Sequence record: OP197928 | Direction: 5' to 3' (one strand) | Length of the DNA: 64,000 nucleotides | Origin: Shigella phage A2 | Made by a program: the position numbers and the translations under genes | The notes under the pieces: model-generated | What the model was told of the DNA's origin: nothing | Databases searched by the model: none | The model's input: only the letters and a program-made list of their open reading frames with translations | Part shown: one piece after another, positions 21,159 to 30,582 of the stretch | Layout: the number at the start of each line of letters is the position of its first letter | Numbering within the stretch: position 1 is the stretch's first letter

Positions 21159-22253
21159 ATGGCAATTGTTAAAGAAATAACTGCTGATTTAATTAAAAAG
21201 TCCGGTGAGAAAATTTCAGCCGGACAGAGTACTAAATCAGAAGTAGCAACTAAAACATACACTGCCCAGTTTCCAACTGGGCGTGCTAGTGGTAATGACA
21301 CTACAGGGGACTTCCAGGTAACAGATCTATATAAGAATGGATTATTATTTACTGCATACAATATGTCATCTAGGGATTCTGGAAGTCTTAGATCGATGAG
21401 ATCTAACTACTCTTCTTCATCTTCGAGTATTTTAAGTACAGCTAGAAACACTATTAGTAGTACAGTATCAAAACTATCAAATGGATTAATATCAAACAAT
21501 AATTCAGGAACAATAAGTAAAGCTCCTGTCGCAAACATTCTTTTACCGAGATCTAAATCTGACGTTGATACATCATCACATAGATTTAACGATGTCCAAG
21601 AAAGCCTTATCAGCAGAGGCGGAGGTACTGCTACTGGTGTGTTAAGTAATATTGCTTCAACTGCAGTATTTGGGGCACTGGAAAGTATAACGCAAGGTAT
21701 AATGGCTGATAATAATGAACAGATTTATACGACAGCCAGAAGTATGTATGGCGGTGCTGAGAATAGAACTAAAGTGTTTACATGGGATTTGACACCACGT
21801 TCAACAGAAGATTTGATGGCTATTATTAATATCTATCAGTATTTTAACTATTTTTCTTATGGTGAAACGGGCAAATCTCAATATGCTGCTGAAATAAAGG
21901 GGTATTTAGATGATTGGTATCGTTCTACATTAATTGAACCTTTATCTCCGGAAGACGCAGCTAAAAATAAAACACTATTTGAGAAAATGACATCGAGTTT
22001 AACTAACGTTCTAGTAGTTTCAAACCCGACAATTTGGATGGTGAAAAACTTTGGTGCAACATCTAAGTTTGATGGAAAAACGGAAATATTTGGCCCATGT
22101 CAAATACAGAGCATCAGATTTGATAAAACACCTAATGGTAACTTTAATGGATTAGCTATTGCTCCAAACCTCCCTAGTACATTTACTCTTGAGATTACTA
22201 TGAGAGAAATTATCACGTTAAACCGTGCTTCTTTATATGCGGGGACTTTTTAA
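21159..22253 (+). CDS. 48: Baseplate tail tube cap gp48
   Basis: 364 aa, T4 gp48 size. Confidence 0.9.
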   Translation: MAIVKEITADLIKKSGEKISAGQSTKSEVATKTYTAQFPTGRASGNDTTGDFQVTDLYKNGLLFTAYNMSSRDSGSLRSMRSNYSSSSSSILSTARNTISSTVSKLSNGLISNNNSGTISKAPVANILLPRSKSDVDTSSHRFNDVQESLISRGGGTATGVLSNIASTAVFGALESITQGIMADNNEQIYTTARSMYGGAENRTKVFTWDLTPRSTEDLMAIINIYQYFNYFSYGETGKSQYAAEIKGYLDDWYRSTLIEPLSPEDAAKNKTLFEKMTSSLTNVLVVSNPTIWMVKNFGATSKFDGKTEIFGPCQIQSIRFDKTPNGNFNGLAIAPNLPSTFTLEITMREIITLNRASLYAGTF

Positions 22254-23218
22254 TGTATTCTTTAGAGGAATTTAATAATCAAGCAATAAACGCAGATTTC
22301 CAACGTAATAATATGTTTAGCTGCGTTTTTGCGACAACTCCATCAACTAAAAGCTCTTCGTTGATAAGTTCAATTAGCAACTTTTCTTATAATAACTTGG
22401 GTCTAAATTCAGATTGGTTAGGATTGACTCAAGGCGATATTAATCAGGGAATTACCACGCTAATTACCGCTGGCACACAAAAACTGATAAGAAAATCAGG
22501 GGTTAGTAAATATCTTATTGGTGCCATGAGTCAACGTACAGTTCAAAGTTTATTGGGCTCATTTACAGTTGGTACATATTTAATTGACTTCTTTAACATG
22601 GCATATAACTCATCTGGATTGATGATATATTCTGTAAAAATGCCAGAGAATAGATTATCCTATGAAACTGACTGGAACTATAATTCTCCTAATATTCGTA
22701 TAACTGGGAGAGAATTAGACCCTTTGGTTATTTCATTTAGAATGGATTCAGAAGCATGTAACTATCGTGCAATGCAAGACTGGGTTAACGCTGTTCAAGA
22801 CCCAGTAACTGGATTGCGTGCTTTGCCACAAGATGTCGAGGCAGATATTCAGGTTAATCTTCATGCTCGTAATGGATTACCTCATACTGCGGTGATGTTC
22901 ACTGGATGCATTCCAGTGTCAGTGAGTGCTCCTGAGTTATCATATGATGGAGATAACCAAATAACTACATTTGATGTTACTTTTGCGTATAGAGTCATGC
23001 AGGCTGGGTCGGTTGATAGACAAGCTGCGCTTGAGTGGCTTGAATCTGCTGCTATAAATGGCATTCAAAGCGTTCTCGGAAATAGTGGAGGTGTTACTGG
23101 ATTATCTAATTCGCTTTCACGACTTAGTAGATTAGGAGGAACTGCTGGAAGCATTTCAAACATTAATACTATGACGGGAATTGTCAACTCGCAAAGTAAA
23201 ATATTAGGAGCAATATAA
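22253..23218 (+). CDS. 54: Baseplate tail tube initiator gp54
   Basis: 321 aa, gp19-like C-terminal similarity, T4 position. Confidence 0.9.
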   Translation: MYSLEEFNNQAINADFQRNNMFSCVFATTPSTKSSSLISSISNFSYNNLGLNSDWLGLTQGDINQGITTLITAGTQKLIRKSGVSKYLIGAMSQRTVQSLLGSFTVGTYLIDFFNMAYNSSGLMIYSVKMPENRLSYETDWNYNSPNIRITGRELDPLVISFRMDSEACNYRAMQDWVNAVQDPVTGLRALPQDVEADIQVNLHARNGLPHTAVMFTGCIPVSVSAPELSYDGDNQITTFDVTFAYRVMQAGSVDRQAALEWLESAAINGIQSVLGNSGGVTGLSNSLSRLSRLGGTAGSISNINTMTGIVNSQSKILGAI

Positions 23219-23222
23219 CAAT

Positions 23223-23252
23223 GGGGACCGAAAGGTCCCCATATTTTTATTT
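23223..23252. terminator. Bidirectional hairpin terminator between gene 54 and the minus-strand alt cluster
   Basis: GGGGACC-GAAA-GGTCCCC followed by ATATTTTTATTT. Confidence 0.7.
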
Positions 23253-23537
23253 ACGGAATGAAATAAAAGCAGCAACTGAAGCAACTAAACTGTCTTCAAT
23301 ATAAACTTCAATTTTTACCGGAGCTTCTGACTCAAATTTACCTGTTACTACACCTTGGAAAATGCTTTCAGTCTGCTCTGGCTTTGAAAAATTTTCAGAA
23401 GGAAAAATTCCGAACTTTTTATCTGTTCCAAAAATTTTGATAAATTCATCATAAACTGCTTCATTAAAAGCATTATCAGCAGGAATAACGCCTTCAACTA
23501 CAAGTTCTTGACCTAAAAAGCGCAAAGAAGATTTCAT
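23247..23537 (-). CDS. Hypothetical protein (T4 alt.-3 position)
   Basis: 96-aa ORF preceded by an early-promoter-like element. Confidence 0.55.
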   Translation of the reverse strand: MKSSLRFLGQELVVEGVIPADNAFNEAVYDEFIKIFGTDKKFGIFPSENFSKPEQTESIFQGVVTGKFESEAPVKIEVYIEDSLVASVAAFISFRK

Positions 23538-23576
23538 TTTGTGTTCCTCATGTTATGTCAGTAAAATTACTATAAC

Positions 23577-23606
23577 ACAACACGAGGGACTTGTAAACTA
23601 CATCTT
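23577..23606 (-). promoter_or_regulatory. T4-type early promoter (-35 GTTTAC, -10 TATAGT on minus strand)
   Basis: Plus GTAAAC at 23601..23606 and ACTATA at 23577..23582, 18-bp spacer; nearly identical cassette at 39204..39233. Confidence 0.55.
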
Positions 23607-25655
23607 GAACTTTTTAGACATTCCGTTGATGTTAACCAAAGAAGCCAAGATTTGAGAAACTTCGTTTTTCTCTTCTTTTGATTCTTCTACAAGGAATTGA
23701 TTAAACCCAGCCATTGGACGAACTTCACCAGTTTCCATCAGATGATCGCCATCATATACCGATTCTTCTAATTGTTCAGAAGGAGGAACGATTGTGCCTT
23801 CGATTAGATACTTGTTATAAGCAGTTTCTTTCATCATGTACGTGCTTACTTTATTAATCTTCAACAAAATTCCACGCGGTAAAATAACTTCAGCTTCTGA
23901 TGGAAATCCTGATAAATGACCTGGAACGATAACTTTAATTCGCTCAGCTCCTTTTATTACCATACCTACGCTAGTTTCAGCATCTTCATTAGCATATGCA
24001 GAATGACTGCCCATATGCATTAAATCTTCAGCATCAACAGAACCTTCTCCTTCACCAGAAAATACTGCGCCGGAATCATCTAGAGCCATATAGTTTTTAC
24101 CATGCTCACCGAAGATATTTGGTTTAAGCGATGTTGATACGAAGTTCTTGAAATAAAACATTTTATTTTCAATATTATGACGTAAAGTTTTAAAGGTAAC
24201 TTCTTGTCCACGATAAAGCGTAGTTCCTGGAGGAAGAACTGAACCTTTGGCAAAGGCAGAATCCATTGTCTCGATGTGTTTAATAGCTCGTTCCATGTAT
24301 TCTTCACGGGTAGAATCTGGTTTACCCAAGAGGAACGAGTTCATTTCAACATATGAATCTGCACAATAATCTTCAATTACATCAGACTCAGCCTGAGTCA
24401 GTCCTTTTGGAGTTACTTCGGTGCTTGCGTATTCATATGCCTGAGCAGCAGATTCATTAATCAATTTATAAATGCCATTCATGACAAATTGAATAATAGC
24501 TACCTTTTCGTCTGGCGTGGCTTTAGAACCTTTAACTAAATCATTGATAATTTTCTTAATAACATCAAAGCTATTAGAAATATTAATGTCAGCGAGATCG
24601 CTCAAAATTTTATCGGTTTTATAATCAAAGAATTCTTTATTCTTTAAATATTCTTGAGAACCTTGATATGTTATATCGCTCTGCAGCTTGATAGATGGAT
24701 CACGTAAACGTGCATGGGCCAATGCAATATGATTTCGGAAGCTTTCTAGTTCATAATCATTAGATTTAAAACGAGAAGCACTCCTCATACCACCGATAGC
24801 TCCTTTGCCGAAGTTTGAACCAATCTGAATAACGCCAGAGTTCATTGGTCCTTCTGCTTTATATACCGGAACTTTAGATTCAAACTCTTGATATTTCTTA
24901 GCGGCGAAGCTATCACCCTGAAGTGAAGCATCGACAGTAGAATATTGAGCTTGTGCTGCTAATCGACGACTAATTTTAGTTTTCTGAATAACAGCTTGAT
25001 CCGTGCGCTTATCATTTTCTAGAGCAATAGAAGCGGCAACAGCAACAGCTTTAGGAACAGCATTACCTGTTTTAACGTCTACATAAACATCACCAACCTT
25101 TGATTCAACTTTTGTGAATAACTCAGTTGAAATAGGAGGTACACCTGGAATGTCTTCTAAATTAGCAGTTTTACGATAAACCATAATATATGCATACTTT
25201 TTATCATAGTCCCAGATTTCCTTTAAAAGAACATATCGACCTGCTCCTTTAGTACGTACTAAACGGTCAGCAATAACTTGCATTTGACGAGCAGCGCCAT
25301 TTGTTTTACTTTTTAGTACGCGGAATAGGCATGCGTCAATTTTATACTGTTTCATTGTTTGAAGAGCAGTATCAAAAACCGCATTAATGACACCAATTGG
25401 ATTTCCACCCAAGTTTTTAAGTTTAACTAATGATAGTTTCTCATTAACACCTATCATTACGATATGCATCATTTTATCGCCTGGCTTAACGTTTTTATTT
25501 GTATCACCGCCAGAGGTGTATGTACAAAATCTAAATCCAGGAAGCACACTTTCTTCACCGGCTTGAATAGCAAAAATTTGAGGTATTTTATGCTTAGGAT
25601 TTAAGTTAACAACCGGCGCCGAAGCGCCGTCAAATAATTCTGTAATAAGTTCCAT
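23598..25655 (-). CDS. Alt-family ADP-ribosyltransferase paralog (685 aa)
   Basis: N-terminus MELITELFD...; C-terminal ART signature YRGQ ... FVSTSL ... SEAEVILPRG (R / S-T-S / E-x-E); paralogous to adjacent 698-aa ORF. Confidence 0.85.
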   Translation of the reverse strand: MELITELFDGASAPVVNLNPKHKIPQIFAIQAGEESVLPGFRFCTYTSGGDTNKNVKPGDKMMHIVMIGVNEKLSLVKLKNLGGNPIGVINAVFDTALQTMKQYKIDACLFRVLKSKTNGAARQMQVIADRLVRTKGAGRYVLLKEIWDYDKKYAYIMVYRKTANLEDIPGVPPISTELFTKVESKVGDVYVDVKTGNAVPKAVAVAASIALENDKRTDQAVIQKTKISRRLAAQAQYSTVDASLQGDSFAAKKYQEFESKVPVYKAEGPMNSGVIQIGSNFGKGAIGGMRSASRFKSNDYELESFRNHIALAHARLRDPSIKLQSDITYQGSQEYLKNKEFFDYKTDKILSDLADINISNSFDVIKKIINDLVKGSKATPDEKVAIIQFVMNGIYKLINESAAQAYEYASTEVTPKGLTQAESDVIEDYCADSYVEMNSFLLGKPDSTREEYMERAIKHIETMDSAFAKGSVLPPGTTLYRGQEVTFKTLRHNIENKMFYFKNFVSTSLKPNIFGEHGKNYMALDDSGAVFSGEGEGSVDAEDLMHMGSHSAYANEDAETSVGMVIKGAERIKVIVPGHLSGFPSEAEVILPRGILLKINKVSTYMMKETAYNKYLIEGTIVPPSEQLEESVYDGDHLMETGEVRPMAGFNQFLVEESKEEKNEVSQILASLVNINGMSKKFKM

Positions 25656-25658
25656 GAT

Positions 25659-27755
25659 TTATCCTTGAACGAACTTGTAAGGCATGTTTGCAATATCTAT
25701 GCAAGACGCAATAATTCCAAGAGATGATTCTACTTTTTGTTTAACATTTGATGAAACAAATGATGCAAAGTCAACTCTGTCTTCTATTTCAATATCACCT
25801 GTCATTGTAACTACTTCACCAGTTTCCATTAGACGGTCACCGTCATAAATTACTGATTCGGTGAGTTCTTCCGTAGTCATAACTTCAGCTTGAATGAGTT
25901 TTGTATTATTAGATGTTGTTCCGTCATTATTAGAAGCATCAGTTATTTTATTAACTTTGACCATCAATCCTCGTGGTAGAATAACTTCAGCTTCTGTTGC
26001 TATTCCGAGACTTCCTGGATATACAACATTAACTTTATGAGCTCCATCAATTGCCCATCCTATTTGAACTTTAACGTATTCTGGATTTTCTTTATACGCT
26101 CTTATTTCGTTTGGATTAATAGTTATTCCTTCTTCATTTTTATCAACTGTTAATTCATTACGAGCTTCTGGTTCTAAAAGACCAATGCCAGCATGTGTAA
26201 TTCCAAAACGTCCAAAAATGATAGGAGTTAAAGAAGTAGATACAAAATTTCTGAAATAGAACACTTTATTTTTAACTAGTGCTTCGTATATAGGAGCAGT
26301 CATACTTTGAGCACGATAAACTGTAATGCCTTCTGGTATACGGTCACCATTTTCAAAAGCTGAATCTAAGTTATTTATAGCAGATTCAATTTCTTTTTCA
26401 CTCATTACATCATATCGTTCTGGATTGTAGCGTCCTAAAAGAAGATTATTGATGTCAGTATATCCTGAACCGCAATACTCTCTAATGCCGCGCTTTTGTG
26501 ATGGAGTATATTTAGAACCATCACGGGCAATAGTAATATCAATCATTGGACCTGCACCAATTCCAGAAAAACTATAAATCATTCGTTTGAGGAATTTAGT
26601 TTTTGCTGCGTTCCAGGAATTTTTAGTTATTTCTTCCCAGACTTCATCTGGCTGCCCTTTACGAGTTTTATTATGTTTATCAAGCCAAGTATCTTTATAT
26701 TCTTCAAAGAATTTATTAATAGCTGCTGCATACTTCTCTAAACATTTTATTGAAGTAGTCGGTTCATTTTTAATCGCATTAAGAATTACATCTTTAATTT
26801 TTTCAGAAACTTCATTAACCTCACTTTTTGAAAAGAATTTATAGTCATAATGAAGTTCATCTGCGGTTCCTTCGGCAATAATTTTTGCTGCCTTAGTTTT
26901 AGAAGCTAATGAATTAATTCCAAGTTTCATTTCTTCTGCTTCGGGAATTAAAGGAGCGGTAGCAGGTTTATTGAAATTAGCTGCGGTAGATTCATATTTC
27001 TGGAATAATTCACTTTCAAATCTAGAAGATTCCAATGACTGACTTTGTGCAATTGCTCTACGGGAAATTTTAACTTTAACGATTACAGCTTGGTCAGAAC
27101 GTTTATCATTTTCTTGTGCAATAGATGCTGCAATTGCCTCATTTTTAGTTACTTGAGCTCCAGTATCTTTATTGATATAAACATCGCCGACTTTCGATTC
27201 AACTTTAGTAAAGAGCTCGGTGCTAATTTCCGGAACTCCTGGAATGTCTTCTAGTGATACATTTTTGCGATGTATAAGAATATATGCATACTTTTTATCA
27301 TAATCCCAGAGTTCCTTAAGAAGGACGTATCTGCCACCTGAACGACTGCGGATAAGTCTATCAGCAATAACTTGAATTTGTCGAGCTTGACCAGCAGTTT
27401 TAGACTTAAGAATACGAAGCATACAGGCATCAATTTTATACTGACGCATCGTCTGCATCGCAACAGTAAAAACTGAATTGATGTAATTAATTGGGCTTGG
27501 ACCGAGACCTTTTAATTTAGCAATTGAACCTTTAGCAGTTAATGTAAAAGGAACAATATGCATCATTTTATCGCCCATCTTTAAATCGCGATTAGTATCA
27601 CCTCCAGATGTATAGGTACATAAACGAAAGCCTGGTTGTTCAATTGCGTCATCAACATGAACTGAAAAAATTTGTGGTATTTTCTTCTTTGGATTTAAGT
27701 TTGTAATCGGAAGAGTAGTATCTTCGTCAAATAATTCTGTAATGAGTTCCATCAT
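25659..27755 (-). CDS. alt: Alt ADP-ribosyltransferase (698 aa), packaged internal head protein
   Basis: N-terminus MMELITELFDE...; ART signature YRAQ ... FVSTSL ... TEAEVILPRG; sits next to the DNA ligase gene as alt does in T4; which of the two paralogs is the T4 alt ortholog is not certain. Confidence 0.75.
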   Translation of the reverse strand: MMELITELFDEDTTLPITNLNPKKKIPQIFSVHVDDAIEQPGFRLCTYTSGGDTNRDLKMGDKMMHIVPFTLTAKGSIAKLKGLGPSPINYINSVFTVAMQTMRQYKIDACMLRILKSKTAGQARQIQVIADRLIRSRSGGRYVLLKELWDYDKKYAYILIHRKNVSLEDIPGVPEISTELFTKVESKVGDVYINKDTGAQVTKNEAIAASIAQENDKRSDQAVIVKVKISRRAIAQSQSLESSRFESELFQKYESTAANFNKPATAPLIPEAEEMKLGINSLASKTKAAKIIAEGTADELHYDYKFFSKSEVNEVSEKIKDVILNAIKNEPTTSIKCLEKYAAAINKFFEEYKDTWLDKHNKTRKGQPDEVWEEITKNSWNAAKTKFLKRMIYSFSGIGAGPMIDITIARDGSKYTPSQKRGIREYCGSGYTDINNLLLGRYNPERYDVMSEKEIESAINNLDSAFENGDRIPEGITVYRAQSMTAPIYEALVKNKVFYFRNFVSTSLTPIIFGRFGITHAGIGLLEPEARNELTVDKNEEGITINPNEIRAYKENPEYVKVQIGWAIDGAHKVNVVYPGSLGIATEAEVILPRGLMVKVNKITDASNNDGTTSNNTKLIQAEVMTTEELTESVIYDGDRLMETGEVVTMTGDIEIEDRVDFASFVSSNVKQKVESSLGIIASCIDIANMPYKFVQG

Positions 27756-27791
27756 ATCCTCTCTAGTGTTTATTCTATTTATAAAATTAAA

Positions 27792-27803
27792 GGCCCGAAG
27801 GCC
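27792..27803. other. GC-stem tetraloop hairpin (GGCC-CGAA-GGCC) between gene 30 region and alt
   Basis: Inverted repeat AAAGGCC CGAA GGCCTTT. Confidence 0.4.
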
Positions 27804-27804
27804 T

Positions 27805-27993
27805 TTAATAATCTATTGGTAAGAGAGTACGATATATTTCAAACTTTGGACCTTTTTCATAGGCATCAAATGTTTCTGTGAATTTATTATAAGCATATGC
27901 ATCTATAAATTCAATCATAATTTGTGATACAGAAGTAGAAACATCTCCACCTTCTTTTTGAGCAACGACAATTGTTTCTAAGTAAGCTTTCAT
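27805..27993 (-). CDS. Hypothetical 62-aa protein between ligase and alt
   Basis: ORF overlapping the gene 30 stop by 4 nt; no recognisable motif. Confidence 0.4.
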   Translation of the reverse strand: MKAYLETIVVAQKEGGDVSTSVSQIMIEFIDAYAYNKFTETFDAYEKGPKFEIYRTLLPIDY

Positions 27994-29453
27994 AGACCAG
28001 TTACCTCATGAAAATCACCAAATACATCCTCGAATGTATTAGCTTTAGTTTTATCTTCACGTAAACGAATCGCAATTGGAAGAAATAATTTTACGTAATC
28101 AGTGCGGCCATCAGATTTTAACCAACCATTGCATTCGCACTCTAGAATTTTTCCAATATAATAATTTTGGTTTTCCATAATGCGAGTACGGTCAAGTTCA
28201 TGTGATTTTACGCCGGCTTTATCTTTTAAGCCTGAACCAGCATTTACTTTAATTTTTCCACACTCTGATTCAAGAATAAATCCACCTGCTTTAGTAGGGT
28301 CTTTACGGTGAGGATAAATTCCTACAATTTTTAAATCAACATCAATTACTTCTTTAAATTTATAGAGATTTTTTGAACGAGCATTTTCCCACAATCCATC
28401 GGTATTTTTGAGAATAATACCTTCAAGACCTTGGTCAATATACTTTTTATAAATTACCTTAGCTTCATCTAGGTTATTTACTACCTGGTTTTCAATTAAA
28501 ATTACTTTATCATATCCTGATGTCATTTGTTCTAGTTTAGAAAAACGTACATCATATTTTAAACGAAACGCCGGAAGACCGTATATTTCTACCAACGGGA
28601 CATAATCCCAGACCTGAAACTTCATGCATTCGGCTTCTTTTTCGGAAATGGTTCCTTTTAAGGATTTATTGGCGATTCCATTAGAAGCAGTACGAGATTC
28701 CGCTACTTCGGCGAATTCTTTAGCTTTACTAATTTCAGGATAAGCATCAAAAAGAAAATCTAGGCCTTCTGGTTCCTTTTTAACTTGCTCATGGTATACC
28801 AATTCGCCATCAATTAACACACCTTCTGGATGAATCTGGCGGGCTTCAGCAGTCATTTTGATTAATTCTTCCTTAAGAAGATCTAATCCTAGATATTCAT
28901 TACCAGCTCGTGATAAAAGACGAACATCATCTAATTCATCGCCTCGGACTTCAGCAAAACACCGAGCTCCATCTGCTTTTAACTGTGCAAAGGCTGGAAA
29001 TTTGATATTCTTATTAATGCCTTTTTCATCATAAGAACTTGCCAGCATTTGAGGTTGTTCAGGAATTAAACCTGGCCAAACTTTGTTTGCAATAGATACT
29101 GAAGCACCGCATTCAAGGTCTCGCATCATCACTCGACGCAAAACTTCAACATCATCCTTTTTACCATCGGTGATATATCCAGTCAATTCCTCAATTGCAG
29201 CATTTCCGGTCAATTTCCGAGTAGCTAACGTGAATTCAATGAAGTCAAGCATATCGGTAATGGTCAGCATTCCAAAACTCTGGGTAGCAATACCAGGTTT
29301 AGGCCATTTCTTGATATAATACTGTAACCCACGAGAATAAGTCAGACGATATACCCGTTTAAGCAATTCATTATCTTTATTCTTTTCAAGAATTGCTTGC
29401 TTCTGCTTAGTTGATCCAATAGATGCTATTTCATTCAGAATTTTAAGAATCAT
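27990..29453 (-). CDS. 30: ATP-dependent DNA ligase gp30
   Basis: 487 aa; adenylation lysine motif (KADGAR); near-identical to recalled T4 DNA ligase. Confidence 0.97.
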   Translation of the reverse strand: MILKILNEIASIGSTKQKQAILEKNKDNELLKRVYRLTYSRGLQYYIKKWPKPGIATQSFGMLTITDMLDFIEFTLATRKLTGNAAIEELTGYITDGKKDDVEVLRRVMMRDLECGASVSIANKVWPGLIPEQPQMLASSYDEKGINKNIKFPAFAQLKADGARCFAEVRGDELDDVRLLSRAGNEYLGLDLLKEELIKMTAEARQIHPEGVLIDGELVYHEQVKKEPEGLDFLFDAYPEISKAKEFAEVAESRTASNGIANKSLKGTISEKEAECMKFQVWDYVPLVEIYGLPAFRLKYDVRFSKLEQMTSGYDKVILIENQVVNNLDEAKVIYKKYIDQGLEGIILKNTDGLWENARSKNLYKFKEVIDVDLKIVGIYPHRKDPTKAGGFILESECGKIKVNAGSGLKDKAGVKSHELDRTRIMENQNYYIGKILECECNGWLKSDGRTDYVKLFLPIAIRLREDKTKANTFEDVFGDFHEVTGL

Positions 29454-29719
29454 TGCTCATCCTTCAAAGTTTGGTTTACAGCTCTATTATAAATCAATTC
29501 ATCATTAAGCTCAGGCAAAGACTTATGATATGTAGTTCTAACTTTATTTCCTTGCATCCAGTGCTTGATATAAATGAAACCTTGCTCTACACATTTTTTA
29601 AAAATTCGTTCGTCTTTTTGAGCTCGGAATTCTGGATTGCATCTAAAAAATTGATTTACGTGACCGTAATCACGTGTAGTATTACCTTCATTTTCATAAA
29701 TAGTGTGAACGACAAACAT
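29450..29719 (-). CDS. Hypothetical protein (T4 30.1 position)
   Basis: 89-aa ORF, translationally coupled. Confidence 0.5.
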   Translation of the reverse strand: MFVVHTIYENEGNTTRDYGHVNQFFRCNPEFRAQKDERIFKKCVEQGFIYIKHWMQGNKVRTTYHKSLPELNDELIYNRAVNQTLKDEQ

Positions 29720-30582
29720 TAGAATGCTCCTTGGAAAATATTATCACCACTAGTAAATCTATTAAAATACCCTGCATCACCAGGCTTAGTATAACTCCAC
29801 GTATGGAATGGATTCATATGATACGGGTGTGTATAATATGGATTATATGGATGTGTATAATATGGATTATACGGATTAAATCCAGGAGTTCTCCAGGTAG
29901 TGTTCCAACGAAAAGAATCGTTTTTAACCATCTTCTCAATTACATCTTTTATAGCTTTTTCACTATCAAAACTTTCTTTATTTTCCTTCGGTGAAAAAAG
30001 CTTATTTTCTACATCATTCCATGTATAAACTCGCTGAGCGGTTTTTGGAATATTGTCACGCTCTCCTCGCGCCATCCAATAAACAGGAACATTTAATATT
30101 TCACTCGCATGATCGCAGTGGTGAGCAAGATCGTCAATATAACAAATTACGTTATATTTCTCTTTTGCCTTTTTGAATAACTCTTCTTTTGAAGAATCAT
30201 GACCACACATCATTACTTCTGAGAAGGCACCAGGAAAAAGAGCATTCAAATTAAATTGACGATTCAACAGAGCGTCAATAGAATCACCCAACGCTGTAAC
30301 AGCTACAAAATTATAATCTTCTTTTAATTTGTTAATTACGCACAGGGCGTCTTTATATGGAGACAAATAACGAATAAAATCTGAACGATTGTATTTTTCA
30401 ATTAACTTGACGCCAAGTTCTTCATCACAATTAAAGAGTTTACCCGGAGAAATAAATTTCTCATCTTGGATCATTTTTAAAATATGTTCTAACGGAAGAT
30501 TATATTTCTGAGCAAAATAAGGAAGGCCTGATTGCCAGCTTAAACATACTCCATCAATATCAGTTAAAATAGTAGGCTTCAT
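29719..30582 (-). CDS. HAD-superfamily-like hydrolase with C-terminal Tyr/Pro-rich repeat tail (T4 30.2 position)
   Basis: 287 aa; N-terminal ILTDIDGV (HAD motif I, DxDG); C-terminal NPYNPYYTHPYNPYYTHPYHMNPF. Confidence 0.6.
   Translation of the reverse strand: MKPTILTDIDGVCLSWQSGLPYFAQKYNLPLEHILKMIQDEKFISPGKLFNCDEELGVKLIEKYNRSDFIRYLSPYKDALCVINKLKEDYNFVAVTALGDSIDALLNRQFNLNALFPGAFSEVMMCGHDSSKEELFKKAKEKYNVICYIDDLAHHCDHASEILNVPVYWMARGERDNIPKTAQRVYTWNDVENKLFSPKENKESFDSEKAIKDVIEKMVKNDSFRWNTTWRTPGFNPYNPYYTHPYNPYYTHPYHMNPFHTWSYTKPGDAGYFNRFTSGDNIFQGAF
29825..29872. repeat. Perfect-to-near-perfect 24-bp tandem duplication inside the HAD-like ORF
   Basis: GGGTGTGTATAATATGGATTATAT / GGATGTGTATAATATGGATTATAC, encoding the YNPYYTHP repeat on minus strand. 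Confidence 0.8.

Noticed and set aside
23598-27755. Possibility that the two Alt genes are an assembly duplication artefact
   Set aside because: The copies are strongly diverged at both DNA and protein level, especially in the central region, and differ in length (685 vs 698 aa); an artefactual duplication would be near-identical.
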